Shown here piece after piece: positions 52,010-63,352 of a stretch of DNA of 64,000 bases; position 1 is the stretch's first letter; every line of letters starts with the position of its first letter. The position numbers and the translations under genes were made by a program. This DNA is from Lentisphaeria bacterium (lineage in GTDB: Bacteria; Verrucomicrobiota; Lentisphaeria; JABSQK01; JAWLHB01), in the NCBI GenBank assembly GCA_041690595.1, contig JAWLHB010000036.1, positions 1-64,000 on the forward strand, given 5' to 3'. The notes below the pieces were generated by a model. It did no database searches, was not told the DNA's origin, and saw nothing but the letters and a program-made list of their open reading frames with translations.

Positions 52010-55000
52010 ATGCATTTTCAGGACCTCATACTTACCCTGCAGCGCTACTGGGCCGACCGTGGCTGCCTGCTGATCCAGCCATACGATACCGAGAAGGGCG
52101 CCGCCACCTTCAACCCCGCCACCTTCCTGCGGGCGCTCGGTCCGGAGCCCTTCAACGTCGCGTGGGCCGAGCCCTGCCGGCGGCCAACCGACGGGCGCTA
52201 TGGCGAGAACCCGATCCGGATGCAGCACTATTACCAGTTCCAGGTGATCCTCAAGCCCAGCCCGCACGACATCCTCGACCAGTATATCGGCTCCCTGGCC
52301 GCCATCGGCATCACCTCCGCCACCCATGACATCCGCCTCGTCCATGACGACTGGGAATCGCCGACCCTCGGCGCCTGGGGGCTCGGCTGGGAAGTCTGGG
52401 TCGACGGCATGGAAGTCACCCAGTTCACCTACTTCCAGCAAGTGGGCGGTATCGACCTGAAGCCGATCACCGGTGAGATCACCTATGGTCTGGAGCGCCT
52501 CTGCATGTTCCTGCAGGGCGTCGACAACGTCTTCCAGCTCTCCTACAACGAGCACGTCACCTACGGCGATGTCTTCCACCAGAACGAGGTGCAGTGCAGC
52601 CGCTACAATTTCGAGGTGGCCGACATCGAGCTGCACCGCCTGCTCTTCGACAAGTACGAAGTGGAGTGCCGGCGGCTCTGCGCGGCGGAGTTGCCTCTGC
52701 CGGCCGCGGACTACTGCCTCAAGGCGAGCCATGCCTTCAACCTGCTGGACGCGCGCGGGGCGATCTCGGTCAACGAGCGTCAGGCCTACATTCTGCGGGT
52801 GCGACAACTGGCGCGAGCGGCCGCGGAGGCCTGGTTGGCCAATCGCGAAGCGCTCGGCTATCCGCTCCTGAAGGAGGCGCCCATGGCGACGGTTGCCGAG
52901 GCGCCTGCCGCGGCCGCATCACCATCCGGCTCCGCCGGCGAACGGTTGCCGCTGCTCATCGAGATCGGCGTGGAAGAGATGCCGGCCCAAGTCTTCAACT
53001 CCCTCCTCAAGCAATTGCCCCAGCTCTTTGCGCAGCATCTGGGCAGCCTGGATCTGCAGCCCTCCGCCCCCACCTTCTACGTCACCCCACGGCGCATCGC
53101 CATCGCTGTCGACGCGATCGCCACCCGCCAGCCCGACCAGACCCTCGAGATCAAGGGACCGCCCCTGCGCATCGCCCGCGATGCCGATGGCAACTGGAGC
53201 AAGGCAGCCAGCGGCTGGGCCCGCAAGAACAACCTCGAGCTGGACGAGATCGAGATCCGCGAGATCGGCGGCGCTGACTATCTCTACACCACCCAGCACC
53301 AGCCGGGACGCGCCGCGCTCGACCTGCTGGCCGAGGCCATTCCCGCCCTCTTCGACGCGATTCACTGGTACAAGACCATGCGCTGGGCTCACGGCGACGG
53401 CGCCTCCTTTGTGCGCCCTGTCAAGTGGCTCGTCGCCCTCCTTGGCGAGGAGGTCATCGCCTTCTCCTATGCCGGCATCACCAGCAGCGACCACTCCTTC
53501 GGCCACCGCTTCATGGCGCCCCACGCGATCAAGGTCAGCGCCGATCGCGAGAGCTATCTCGCCACCCTTCGGGAGGCGAAGGTAATCGTCGATCACGAAG
53601 AGCGGCGCGCGGAGATCCGCCGTCAGGTGGAGGAGGTCGCCGCCGCGCATGGCCTGGCCTGGCGCGAAGACGAGGGGCTCCTGACGGAAGTCTCCCATCT
53701 TGTCGAGTTCCCCTACGCCGTACTCTGCAGCTTCGACGAAAGCATCCTCGAAGTGCCCGACCTCGTCCTGATCTCCGAGATGAAGGAACACCAGAAGCAG
53801 CTCGCGCTCCTCGACGCAGAAGGGCGCCTGTCGAACTCCTTCATTGGAATCTCCAATACCCGTTGCGATGACTTTGCGCTGGTTCGCCAAGGCTACGAGA
53901 AGGTGCTTGGCTCTCGCTTCTCCGATGCTCGCTTCTTCCTGCGGGAAGACAAGAAGCGGAGCCTCGACAGCCGGGTGGCCGACCTGGGAGGCGTCGTCTT
54001 CCAGGAGCAGCTCGGCACGATCCTCGACAAGGTCGTGCGGGTCGAAAAGCTCTCCCAGTGGCTGGCTGCCAAGCTGAACATGAGCCCCGACAAGCAGCGC
54101 CACGTGCAGCAGATCGCGCACCTATGCAAGGCCGACCTCACCACCCTCATGGTCTACGAGTTCCCGGAACTGCAGGGCGATGTGGGGCGGTACTATGCTA
54201 TCGCCGAAGGGCTTCCCGAGATTGTCAGCGACGGCATCCGCGACCATTACCTGCCGAAGGGGCTCTCGGAAGCGCTGCCCGGCAGCGATGAAGCGGCCGT
54301 CGTGGCCATCGCGGACCGCCTCGATTCCCTGGTCGGCATCTTCGGCATCGGCAAGGGACCGACCAGCTCCAGCGATCCCTATGCCCTGCGCCGCGCCTGC
54401 ATAGGGACCATCGCCATCATCGTCAATCGCGCCTTCCGGATCGACCTGCGTGAACTCCTGAGGCAGGCTTACTCGCTCTTCCCGGCCGCGGTCATGGCGC
54501 CCGAAGCGCAGCTCATCGACGAGCTGATGCACTTCTACTTCGAGCGCGCTCGCCGGCTCTTCGCGGAACCGGAGCGCGCGGGGGTGCCGGTCGGCTTCTG
54601 CTACGACACCATCGCCGCTGTCATGCAGGCCAACGCCCCCTGGCACGACTTCACCGACCTGGTGGAGCGGTTGAGGGCCATGCAGCAGTTCCGCCAGCGC
54701 GACGACTTCGCCGATGTCGCCGCCACCTTCAAGCGCACCAGCAACATCCTGGACGCGGAAGTCGAGCGCGGACCAGTCGATCCGCAACTGCTGACCGAAC
54801 CCGCCGAACAGGCGCTCCTCGAGCATCTGCTCAAGGCCGAGACCGCCATTCGCGCCCGGGTCGACGCCGGCGACTACCTCGGCGCCCTCGGCCAGATCGC
54901 GCCCCTGCGCGAGAGCGTGAATGCCTTCTTCGATGGCGTCCGCGTCAATGACGAGGATCAGAAGATTCGGACGAATCGGCACCGGCTTGTCCAGAGGGTG

Positions 55001-55051
55001 GTCGACAACGTTATTGTAGTTGCAGACTTCGCCCAGATTCAGGAAGGGTGA
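52010..55051 (+). CDS. glyQS: Glycyl-tRNA synthetase, fused alpha+beta
   Basis: Alpha motifs ([14 protein letters not shown]) continue without a stop into beta motifs ([25 protein letters not shown]). Confidence 0.95.
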   Translation: MHFQDLILTLQRYWADRGCLLIQPYDTEKGAATFNPATFLRALGPEPFNVAWAEPCRRPTDGRYGENPIRMQHYYQFQVILKPSPHDILDQYIGSLAAIGITSATHDIRLVHDDWESPTLGAWGLGWEVWVDGMEVTQFTYFQQVGGIDLKPITGEITYGLERLCMFLQGVDNVFQLSYNEHVTYGDVFHQNEVQCSRYNFEVADIELHRLLFDKYEVECRRLCAAELPLPAADYCLKASHAFNLLDARGAISVNERQAYILRVRQLARAAAEAWLANREALGYPLLKEAPMATVAEAPAAAASPSGSAGERLPLLIEIGVEEMPAQVFNSLLKQLPQLFAQHLGSLDLQPSAPTFYVTPRRIAIAVDAIATRQPDQTLEIKGPPLRIARDADGNWSKAASGWARKNNLELDEIEIREIGGADYLYTTQHQPGRAALDLLAEAIPALFDAIHWYKTMRWAHGDGASFVRPVKWLVALLGEEVIAFSYAGITSSDHSFGHRFMAPHAIKVSADRESYLATLREAKVIVDHEERRAEIRRQVEEVAAAHGLAWREDEGLLTEVSHLVEFPYAVLCSFDESILEVPDLVLISEMKEHQKQLALLDAEGRLSNSFIGISNTRCDDFALVRQGYEKVLGSRFSDARFFLREDKKRSLDSRVADLGGVVFQEQLGTILDKVVRVEKLSQWLAAKLNMSPDKQRHVQQIAHLCKADLTTLMVYEFPELQGDVGRYYAIAEGLPEIVSDGIRDHYLPKGLSEALPGSDEAAVVAIADRLDSLVGIFGIGKGPTSSSDPYALRRACIGTIAIIVNRAFRIDLRELLRQAYSLFPAAVMAPEAQLIDELMHFYFERARRLFAEPERAGVPVGFCYDTIAAVMQANAPWHDFTDLVERLRAMQQFRQRDDFADVAATFKRTSNILDAEVERGPVDPQLLTEPAEQALLEHLLKAETAIRARVDAGDYLGALGQIAPLRESVNAFFDGVRVNDEDQKIRTNRHRLVQRVVDNVIVVADFAQIQEG

Positions 55052-55127
55052 TTGTCACCCCCGGCAGTGTATGAGACGCGACAACGCAAACCGGCCACGG
55101 CCGGTACAGGAGTGGAGGTAACGGGTC

Positions 55128-55790
55128 ATGATCGAGTTGAACGATATCGAAGTGCGGGTTCTTGGATCTCTGATCGAGAAGCAGTTCACCACCCCTGATT
55201 ACTACCCGATGACCTTGAAGGGACTGGCGACAGCCTGCAATCAGAAGTCGAATCGAAACCCCATTGTCGAGCTGGACGAGCGAATCGTCCTCCGCACCCT
55301 CGATCAGCTTCGCGAGAAGAAGCTGGTGAGCCTGATTCATCAGGCCAGCAGCCGCGTTCCCAAGTACGATCAGCAGCTCCAGCAGATGCTTCAGTTGAAC
55401 GACGAGGAGGCGGCGATTCTGGCGGAACTGATGCTGCGCGGTCCCCAGACCGTCGGCGAGCTGCGCAGCCGCGCCAGCCGCATGGCTCTGATCGACTCCC
55501 TCGAGCAGGCGGAAGAGATCATCGAGCGCCTCGTCGAGCGCAACGAAGGCAAGCTGCTCATGCAGCTTCCCCTGCAGCCCGGCCGCAAGGAACGCCGCTA
55601 CATGCAACTGCTCGCTGGCGAACCCGACCCCGAGATGCTCACCGCGGCGCCGCCCGCGGAACGGATCCGCCTCGACCTGAGCGCAGAAACCGAGCGTCTC
55701 GCCAAGCTCGAGGAAGAGGTACAGACGCTACGGGGCGAACTCGCGGAGCTGCGTGAGACCTTCGCTCAGTTCAAGTCGCAGTTCGAGTAG
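55128..55790 (+). CDS. YceH/DUF480 family protein
   Basis: RVLGSLIEK..TTPDYYPMT..ACNQKSNR and LMLRGPQT motifs. Confidence 0.92.
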   Translation: MIELNDIEVRVLGSLIEKQFTTPDYYPMTLKGLATACNQKSNRNPIVELDERIVLRTLDQLREKKLVSLIHQASSRVPKYDQQLQQMLQLNDEEAAILAELMLRGPQTVGELRSRASRMALIDSLEQAEEIIERLVERNEGKLLMQLPLQPGRKERRYMQLLAGEPDPEMLTAAPPAERIRLDLSAETERLAKLEEEVQTLRGELAELRETFAQFKSQFE

Positions 55791-55793
55791 CCG

Positions 55794-56918
55794 TCACTGC
55801 TGTTGCTGCCAGGCGACGATGCCGCCGGCCAGGTTGCGGACGCGGGGGAAACCGTTCTCCCGCAGCCAGGTCGTCGCACGGAAGCTGCGCATGCCGCTGT
55901 GGCAATAGACCACGATGTGGGCATCCGCGTCCAGCTTGTCGACATTCTCCGGCAGGGAGCGCAGGGGGATCAGGGTCGCCCCGTCGATGCGGGAGAGATC
56001 CCACTCATGAGGTTCGCGGACGTCGAGCAGGAAGATCGCCTCTCCCTGCTCGATCCGGCGCCGCAGCTCATCGGGCTGGATCTCGAGATTCTCGTCATCG
56101 TCACCGCCCGCCTTGCAGGTAGAATCCATGGAACGTAACTCCTTGATGGTTGGGTGATCGCCGCACAACGGGCACTCCGGGTCGGCGGCCAGACGTGTGG
56201 TCTTGAAGCGCATGTCGAGAGCGTTGACGCGCAGGACCCTTCCGATCAGCGGTTCGCCGATGCCGAGGATCATCTTGAGCGCTTCGGTAGCCTGAATCGT
56301 GCCGATGAGGCCGGGTAGCACGCCCAGAACTCCAGCTTCCGCGCAGCTGGGTATCTCGCCGGCGTCGGGAGGCTCCGGATAGAGGCAACGGTAGCAGGGA
56401 CCGCCAGGCGCCCCGTAGATTGCGGCCTGTCCCTCGAACTGGTGGATGCTGCCATGAATGTTGGGTACGCCTGCCAGGACGCAGGCATCGTTGACCAGAT
56501 ACCGCGTCGCGAAGTTGTCGGCCCCATCGAGCACGAGATCGAACCCCGGGATGATACTCAGGGCGTTGTCCACATCGAGTCTCTCCTGCCAGATGCGCAG
56601 CGCGAGCAGCGGATTGAGGTCGAGGAGATGCCTGGCGGCCGCATCCACCTTGGGCGAGCCCGTGTCGTCGGTACCGTAGAGCACCTGGCGCTGAAGATTG
56701 GAGACATCCACCAGATCGGGATCGATGATGCCCATTCGCCCCACACCGGCCGCGGCAAGGTAGAGAGCCGCGGGTGATCCCAGTCCCCCCGCGCCCACCA
56801 GCAGGACCTTCGCCGCCTTCAGCTTCTGCTGACCGGCCACACCGACCTGTGGCAGGATCAGCTGGCGGCTGTAGCGCTCTTTCTCTTCACTGTTCAGGGG
56901 CAGGTCGAATGTCGCCAT
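55794..56918 (-). CDS. moeB: MoeB/ThiF adenylyltransferase fused to rhodanese (MoeZ-like)
   Basis: RYSRQ, GAGGLG, SNLQRQ, CYRC..CPLC and rhodanese YCHSGMRS. Confidence 0.92.
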   Translation of the reverse strand: MATFDLPLNSEEKERYSRQLILPQVGVAGQQKLKAAKVLLVGAGGLGSPAALYLAAAGVGRMGIIDPDLVDVSNLQRQVLYGTDDTGSPKVDAAARHLLDLNPLLALRIWQERLDVDNALSIIPGFDLVLDGADNFATRYLVNDACVLAGVPNIHGSIHQFEGQAAIYGAPGGPCYRCLYPEPPDAGEIPSCAEAGVLGVLPGLIGTIQATEALKMILGIGEPLIGRVLRVNALDMRFKTTRLAADPECPLCGDHPTIKELRSMDSTCKAGGDDDENLEIQPDELRRRIEQGEAIFLLDVREPHEWDLSRIDGATLIPLRSLPENVDKLDADAHIVVYCHSGMRSFRATTWLRENGFPRVRNLAGGIVAWQQQQ

Positions 56919-57044
56919 TCCGGCTTTCTCCAGGCTCTTCGAAACCTTCGCGTCAGTGCCCCGTTGACGCGTAAAGTCACCATTGTAGATGTACATTACG
57001 GGGATTGGAATCCCTAACTATACCACACCTTTGGCCGAGAGAAA

Positions 57045-58121
57045 ATGGCGCAACGTTTTGGAATTGCCGGCGCGGGGCTCATGGGGCGGATGCTGGCGGA
57101 GTGGCTCACGAACCTTGGCCACGAGGTCACCCTCTTCGACCGCGATACGCGGGCCGGGCTCTCCTCCTGCGCGCATACCGGCGCCGGCATGCTGGCACCG
57201 TGGTGCGAATTGGAACATGCCGAAGCGATCGTCTCGACCTTGGGTGTACGCTCCCTCGAGCTGTGGCCGGAACTCCTCGCGCGACTCGCCCTGCCCGTCT
57301 TCTTCCAGCAGGAGGGCAGTCTGGTGGTCGCACATCCCACCGATCGGCCGGAGCTGCAGCGCCTTCGCCAGCTTGTCGAGCGACGTGCTCCGGCCGGCGT
57401 CATGCTGCCCGTCGACGCAAAGCGCATCGGCGAGTTGGAGCCGGAGTTGGACGGTCGCTTCGCCAATGGCCTCTTCTTCCCGCGCGAGGGACAGGTCGAC
57501 AACCTGCAGCTGCTGGCGGCGCTCGAGGCGACCCTGGTCGAGCGGAAGGTGATCTGGCATGAGCGTACCGAGGTGACCGCCGTCGAACCGGGCAGGATCG
57601 TCCGCGGCGGCGAATCCGACCGCTTCGATGTGGCGATCGACTGTCGCGGCCTGGGCGGGGGGGCGGCGCTCGCCTCCCTGCGGGCCGTGCGCGGCGAGAT
57701 CGTCCGGGTCCACGCGCCCGATGTCAACCTGCGTCGGCCGGTGCGGCTGATGCATCCCCGTTATCCCCTCTACATCGTCCCTCGCCAGGGGCAGCTCTAC
57801 GTCATCGGCGCCACCTCGATCGAGAGCCACGATTTCAGCCCGGCGAGCGTGCGTTCACTATTGGAACTGCTGTCGGCGGCCTATGCTCTGCACAGCGGCT
57901 TCGCCGAAGCACGGCTGCTGTCGACGGAGACCAATTGCCGCCCCGCCTTCCCCCACAACTGCCCGCGCCTGCACCGGTCGGACGGTCTGTTGCGAGTCAA
58001 CGGGCTCTATCGGCACGGCTTTCTGCTGGCGCCCGCACTGGCCGAAGGGGCCGCCGCCCTCCTGACCGGCCAGGCGCTCGCCCCCCATCTGGATACCATT
58101 ATCACGGAGATCTCCCCATGA
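57045..58121 (+). CDS. thiO: Glycine oxidase
   Basis: GAGLMG, GAGMLAP and NGLYRHGFL motifs, upstream of thiS-thiG. Confidence 0.92.
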   Translation: MAQRFGIAGAGLMGRMLAEWLTNLGHEVTLFDRDTRAGLSSCAHTGAGMLAPWCELEHAEAIVSTLGVRSLELWPELLARLALPVFFQQEGSLVVAHPTDRPELQRLRQLVERRAPAGVMLPVDAKRIGELEPELDGRFANGLFFPREGQVDNLQLLAALEATLVERKVIWHERTEVTAVEPGRIVRGGESDRFDVAIDCRGLGGGAALASLRAVRGEIVRVHAPDVNLRRPVRLMHPRYPLYIVPRQGQLYVIGATSIESHDFSPASVRSLLELLSAAYALHSGFAEARLLSTETNCRPAFPHNCPRLHRSDGLLRVNGLYRHGFLLAPALAEGAAALLTGQALAPHLDTIITEISP

Positions 58122-58318
58122 CGATCATTCTCAACGGCACCGCCACCGAAGTCGCCGATGACATGAAACTCGAGCAACTGCTGAAGGAACATGGCTACGC
58201 CGAACGCAAGGTCGCCGTGGCGGTCAACGAAAGCTTTGTACCGCGCGGCCAATATGCATCCACCATCCTGAACCCCGGCGACGACATTGAAATTGTCGCC
58301 CCCATGCCCGGAGGCTGA
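58118..58318 (+). CDS. thiS: Sulfur carrier protein
   Basis: 66 aa, VAVAVN and C-terminal GG. ATGA overlap with thiO. Confidence 0.93.
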   Translation: MTIILNGTATEVADDMKLEQLLKEHGYAERKVAVAVNESFVPRGQYASTILNPGDDIEIVAPMPGG

Positions 58319-58321
58319 TTC

Positions 58322-59134
58322 ATGGACGATCTGTACGATACGCCTTGGGAGGTCCTGGGTCAGCCGCTGCGCAGCCGCCTCTTCATGGGCAGCGCCCTCT
58401 TCGATTCCCCCGAGATCATGCAGCAGGCCATCCGCGCCTCGGGCGCCGGCGTCGTCACCGTCTCCCTGCGCCGCCAGTCGCCCCGCGAAAAAGCCGGCGC
58501 ACGCTACTGGGAACTGATCCAGGAACTCAGCGTGCGCGTCCTCCCCAACACCGCTGGCTGCTACACCGTTAAGGAAGCCGTCACCACCGCCCACATGGCC
58601 CGCGAACTCTTCGGCACCACCTGGCTCAAGCTCGAAGTCATCGGCGACGATTATACCCTCCAGCCCGACACCGCGGCCCTCGTCGAAGCGGCCCGCATCC
58701 TCGCCGCGGACGGCTTCGATCTCTTCCCTTACACCACCGAGGATCTCATCGTCGCGCAGCGGCTGGTGGAAGTCGGCTGCCGCATTGTCATGCCATGGGC
58801 GGCGCCGATCGGTTCCGGACAGGGGCTGCTCAACAAGTTCGCCCTGCAGACCATGCGGCGACGCCTGCCCGAGGTCACCCTCGTCGTGGATGCCGGCATC
58901 GGCAAGCCCTCCGACGCCGTCGAGGCGCTGGAACTGGGCTTCGATGCCGTCCTCGTCAATAGCGCCGTCGCGCTGGCCGGCGATCCCATCGGCATGGCGC
59001 GCGCCTTCCGGCACGCGGTGGTGGCGGGTCGGGGCGGTCGCGAGGCAGGCATCATGGCCTCCCGCGACATGGCCTCACCCAGCACGCCGACCCTCGGCAC
59101 CCCCTTCTGGCACAACCAGAAGGACGAAAGCTAA
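58322..59134 (+). CDS. thiG: Thiazole synthase
   Basis: [24 protein letters not shown] and VDAGIG motifs. Confidence 0.96.
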   Translation: MDDLYDTPWEVLGQPLRSRLFMGSALFDSPEIMQQAIRASGAGVVTVSLRRQSPREKAGARYWELIQELSVRVLPNTAGCYTVKEAVTTAHMARELFGTTWLKLEVIGDDYTLQPDTAALVEAARILAADGFDLFPYTTEDLIVAQRLVEVGCRIVMPWAAPIGSGQGLLNKFALQTMRRRLPEVTLVVDAGIGKPSDAVEALELGFDAVLVNSAVALAGDPIGMARAFRHAVVAGRGGREAGIMASRDMASPSTPTLGTPFWHNQKDES

Positions 59135-60903
59135 CCCTGGGTGAGCACGGCCTTGATGCGACGCACACCCCGGCTCGATGCTTCTTCCTTCTTGATCGCG
59201 AAGTGCCCCAGCTCCTTCGTGTTCGTCACGTGCGGGCCGCCGCAGATCTCCTTCGAGAAATCACCGATCGTGTAGACCTTCACCCGATCGCCGTACCGCT
59301 CCTCGAAGAAACCGAGCGCGCCGCTCTCCTTCGCCGACTCCACATCCATCTCTTCCACCGTAATCGGCAGCGCCCGCTCGATCTGCTCGTTAACGATCGC
59401 CTCGACCCGCTGCAAGTCTTCCTTGCTGACCTTGTCGTCATGCGAGAAGTCGAACCGCAGCCGTTCGTGCGTAATGTTGGAGCCCTTCTGCTGCACGTGC
59501 TCGCCGAGAACCGTGCGCAGCGCCTGATGCATGAGGTGGGTGGCCGTGTGCAGCGCGGTGGTGCGATCGCTGTGATCCGCCAGCCCCCCCTTGAAGCGTT
59601 CCGAACCGGCGCGGCTCAGCTCCTGATGCGCTTCATACGCCTTCTGGAAGCCCTCCATGTCCAGCTCGAATCCCTGCTCCTTCGCCATCTCACGCGTCAC
59701 TTCCACTGGAAAGCCATACGTCTGATACAGGTCAAACGCCTTGCGTCCCGCAATCACCTTCTTCTGCACATGCGCCGGCACCCGCTCGATCATCTTGTTG
59801 AACTCGCGGATCCCCTTCTCCAGCGTTTCGCTGAACTTCGTCTCCTCTTCCCGTACATCGCTGAGGATGCGCTCGCGATTCCGCGTCAGCTCCGGATAGA
59901 TATCGCCATACTGGTCGATCACCACCTCGACCATGCGATCCGCAAAGGTCGTTTCGATCCCCAGTTGACGTCCTTCCCGGATCGCCCGGCGAATCAGCCG
60001 GCGCAGCACGTACGCCTGGTCCACATTGCCCGGCGAGATGCCATCCGCCATGATGAAGGTGGCGCTGCGCAGATGCTCCACCACAATGCGGCCGCTCTTG
60101 CTCTCCCGCGGGTTCTCCTTGCCGGATATCTCGCTCAGCTTGGCAAAGAGAGGCGCAAAAAGCTCCGTATCGTAACAGCTCGACTTGCCCTGCAGCACGC
60201 AGGTCACCCGCTCCAGTCCCATACCCGTGTCGACATTCTGCTTGGCCAGCGGCTTGAAGGTGCCGTCCGCCTGCTTGTTGTACTGCATGAAGACGTCGTT
60301 CCAGATCTCCACCCAGCGCCGGTCCTCGGGTTCGAAGACCGCCGGCGCCGGCATCTCGCCGACCCAGTAGAACATCTCCGTATCCGGACCACACGGGCCG
60401 GTCTGGCCGGCGGGCCCCCACCAGTTGTCCTTCTTCGGCAGCTTTGCCACCCGCTCGGGCTTGATCCCCAGGCTCAGCCACTTCGCGTACGATTCCTGAT
60501 CGAAGGGCGCATCCTCATCCCCCTCGAAGACCGACATCGCCAACCGCTCCAGCGGCAGGTTCAGCCACTTCTCGCTCGTCAGGAACTCATAGCTCCACGA
60601 GATCGCCTCATCCTTGAAATAATCGCCCAGCGACCAGTTGCCCAGCATCTCGAAGAAGGTCAGATGCACATCGTCACCAACCTCTTCGATATCGCCCGTA
60701 CGGATACACTTCTGGTAGTTCACCAGCCGCGTTCCCTGCGGATGCGTTTCCCCCAGCAGAAAGGGGACAAGCGGATGCATGCCCGCGGTCGTGAAGAGGA
60801 CCGTCGGATCATTCTCCGGCACCAGCGGCGCGCTCTTGATCTCGCGGTGTCCCTTTTCACGGAAGAAGGCGATATACTTCTGGCGGAGTTCCTTGGCAGT
60901 CAT
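59131..60903 (-). CDS. alaS: Alanyl-tRNA synthetase, short form (590 aa)
   Basis: [24 protein letters not shown] and editing HTATH..CGGPH. Ends directly after GVRRIKA. Confidence 0.95.
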   Translation of the reverse strand: MTAKELRQKYIAFFREKGHREIKSAPLVPENDPTVLFTTAGMHPLVPFLLGETHPQGTRLVNYQKCIRTGDIEEVGDDVHLTFFEMLGNWSLGDYFKDEAISWSYEFLTSEKWLNLPLERLAMSVFEGDEDAPFDQESYAKWLSLGIKPERVAKLPKKDNWWGPAGQTGPCGPDTEMFYWVGEMPAPAVFEPEDRRWVEIWNDVFMQYNKQADGTFKPLAKQNVDTGMGLERVTCVLQGKSSCYDTELFAPLFAKLSEISGKENPRESKSGRIVVEHLRSATFIMADGISPGNVDQAYVLRRLIRRAIREGRQLGIETTFADRMVEVVIDQYGDIYPELTRNRERILSDVREEETKFSETLEKGIREFNKMIERVPAHVQKKVIAGRKAFDLYQTYGFPVEVTREMAKEQGFELDMEGFQKAYEAHQELSRAGSERFKGGLADHSDRTTALHTATHLMHQALRTVLGEHVQQKGSNITHERLRFDFSHDDKVSKEDLQRVEAIVNEQIERALPITVEEMDVESAKESGALGFFEERYGDRVKVYTIGDFSKEICGGPHVTNTKELGHFAIKKEEASSRGVRRIKAVLTQG

Positions 60904-61196
60904 AGTGGAAACCTGGTCTGGCAGAGAAATCTGGTTAAGCGGAAAAGCCCAAACCATACCACCCCTTCCCCACTTTTCAATCAAAGGATCCACGCTGAGG
61001 AGCGCTGGTCGCTGCTCGAAGAGCTGCGTTACGATATTGAAGAGATGACAGGCGTTGATTATTCACAGCGACTTGAAAGATCTCTTTCGTTATTGAATCT
61101 ACCGTGGCTCCATTGGGGCGACAATAGTTAGCGTCTACCGCGAGACGACTGAAAATACATCACGGCCACCTATGCCGCACCCATTCTTCCCTGCCG

Positions 61197-62207
61197 TCAA
61201 TGCGCCAGCACTTTGACAGTGTGACGCTTGGCATGCCATGCCCAGGCGTGCGCGACAATGCTGTCGATGTCGGTGTACCGGGGCTGCCAACCCAGGCTCT
61301 CGCGGGCGAGTCGCGCGTCGGCAACCAGGCTGGGCGGATCGCCTTCCCGCCGGAGGTCCTCGACAACCGGGATCGTTTCGCCGACGACGCGTTCCGCTGC
61401 CTGGACGACTTCGCGCACGGTGTAGCCGTGGTTGGTACCCAGATTCAGCGTCAGGGAGTCGCCCTCATCCAGCAGGTGGCGCAGACCGGTTACATGTGCC
61501 GTAGCCAGATCGGCCACGTGGATATAGTCACGCACACAGGTGCCGTCCCGCGTCTCGTAGTCGGTGCCGTAGATGGTGAAATGCGGATAATGACCGAGCG
61601 CCGTGAGCAGGATTCGGGGGATCAGATGCGTCTCCGGGTCGTGATCCTCGCCAATATTCCCTTCTGGATCCGCCCCCGCCGCATTGAAGTAACGGAAGAT
61701 CACCGAGCGCAGCCCGTGACTAGCCGCGAAGTCGCGGATCACGCGCTCCACCATCAGCTTGGTGCGCCCATACGGGTTGATCGGTTGCTGAGGGGTCGAT
61801 TCCGTGATCGGCAGCCGCGGCGGCATCCCGTAGGTCGCGCAGGTGGAGGAGAAGACAAGCTTGCTCACCCCAGCCGTCTGCATCGCATTCAGCAGGTTGA
61901 TGGAGCCACCCACATTGTTCTCGTAATACTTGCCCGGATCGACCACCGACTCGCCCACATAGGCATACGCCGCAAAATGGATGACCGCGTCGATATGGTT
62001 CCGCCGAAAGAGGTCGCGCAGGCAGCGCGTGTCCAGCAGGCTCCCCTTGATCAGCGTCACGCCCGGCAAATTCTCCACAAACTCTCGATGCCCATAAACC
62101 AGGTTGTCGAGGATGACCAGGCGATAGCCTTGCGAGGAAAGCAGACGGCAGGCATGCGAGCCGATATAGCCGGCACCGCCCGTTACGAGGATAGTCGAGT
62201 TTTCCAT
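61197..62207 (-). CDS. galE: UDP-glucose 4-epimerase
   Basis: TGGAGYIGSH, YGRTK, RYFNAAG and RDYIHV motifs. Confidence 0.95.
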   Translation of the reverse strand: MENSTILVTGGAGYIGSHACRLLSSQGYRLVILDNLVYGHREFVENLPGVTLIKGSLLDTRCLRDLFRRNHIDAVIHFAAYAYVGESVVDPGKYYENNVGGSINLLNAMQTAGVSKLVFSSTCATYGMPPRLPITESTPQQPINPYGRTKLMVERVIRDFAASHGLRSVIFRYFNAAGADPEGNIGEDHDPETHLIPRILLTALGHYPHFTIYGTDYETRDGTCVRDYIHVADLATAHVTGLRHLLDEGDSLTLNLGTNHGYTVREVVQAAERVVGETIPVVEDLRREGDPPSLVADARLARESLGWQPRYTDIDSIVAHAWAWHAKRHTVKVLAH

Positions 62208-62479
62208 GATGATCCGGGGCAGAGGGGGTTCCAGTGCAGAAGCGTGAATGCGTTCTACTACTATGAAGGATCCACCCCCGGCCGGCGCAAACCATCCCCC
62301 GCCGGCAGGCGTCATGACCCGCATTTTCCTGCTCAAAACCCCCTCCGCTACAGCCTCATCTTCCTGTCGCAATTCTTGTCGCCGGTTGTTCCCCGCCGGC
62401 GCTCCGGCCCGCCAAAGCGGCTGGCAAATCGCGCCGCAAGCTAGTATTTTACTGGTATCAAGACGGAGAAACAACCATC

Positions 62480-63250
62480 GTGAAGTTCATCATCGGCACC
62501 AGCGGCTACTCCTATCGCGACTGGCTCGGGGCGCTTTATCCCACCCGGACCCAGCCGAAGGAGATGTTTGGCTACTATGTCCAGAGCTTTCCCACCGTCG
62601 AGATCAACTACACCTTCTATCGTATGCCGGGCGGCGACACCCTGGCGAAACTCTGCCGCACCAGCCCCGACGGCTTCGACTTCTGGATCAAGGCCTACCG
62701 CGGCATCACGCACGACTATGACCCCGCCTTCATCGCCCCCTTTGTCGACGAAATGACCCCGCTTCGTCAGGCCCGGAAGCTGGGCGGTATACTCCTCCAG
62801 TTCCCCCAGTCCTTTCACCGCAACCTCCGCGCTCGCAAATTTCTCGACACTGTCATCGGCGCCTTTGCCGGGTTGCCCCTCGCCGTCGAATTCCGCCATC
62901 GCTCCTGGCAGCATGCTGCCGTGGACGCCGGTCTCGCCGAGCGAAACGTCAGCCTCGTCGTGCCCGATGTCCCCCCCATCCCCAACCTCTACATCTGCCC
63001 GCCCACGGCCACCACCCGCACCGCCTACCTGCGTCTTCACTCCCGCAATGCCGAAAACTGGTACGAGAGCGGCGCCGATCGCTACGACTACGACTATTCC
63101 GATCGGGAACTGCGCGATCTCGCCCAGCGCTGGAGTGCTCTCGACAGCGAGGTCGACAAGGTCTATGCCTTCTTCAACAACTGCCACAGTGGCAAGGCCG
63201 CCAAAAACGCCCAGGCGTTCCGCCGCATCGTCGACGCCATGAATCTTTGA
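62480..63250 (+). CDS. DUF72 family protein
   Basis: IGTSGY, VEINYTFY, LQFP, VEFRH and FFNN motifs. Confidence 0.92.
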   Translation: MKFIIGTSGYSYRDWLGALYPTRTQPKEMFGYYVQSFPTVEINYTFYRMPGGDTLAKLCRTSPDGFDFWIKAYRGITHDYDPAFIAPFVDEMTPLRQARKLGGILLQFPQSFHRNLRARKFLDTVIGAFAGLPLAVEFRHRSWQHAAVDAGLAERNVSLVVPDVPPIPNLYICPPTATTRTAYLRLHSRNAENWYESGADRYDYDYSDRELRDLAQRWSALDSEVDKVYAFFNNCHSGKAAKNAQAFRRIVDAMNL

Positions 63251-63352
63251 CCGCCCCCGCCCGAACTCACGATACAGGCAGGGGGTTGCAATAGAACGCT
63301 TTTCACCTACCTTTATAAGAGGTTATGGGGGAGAAACCCACACGGGAACATC

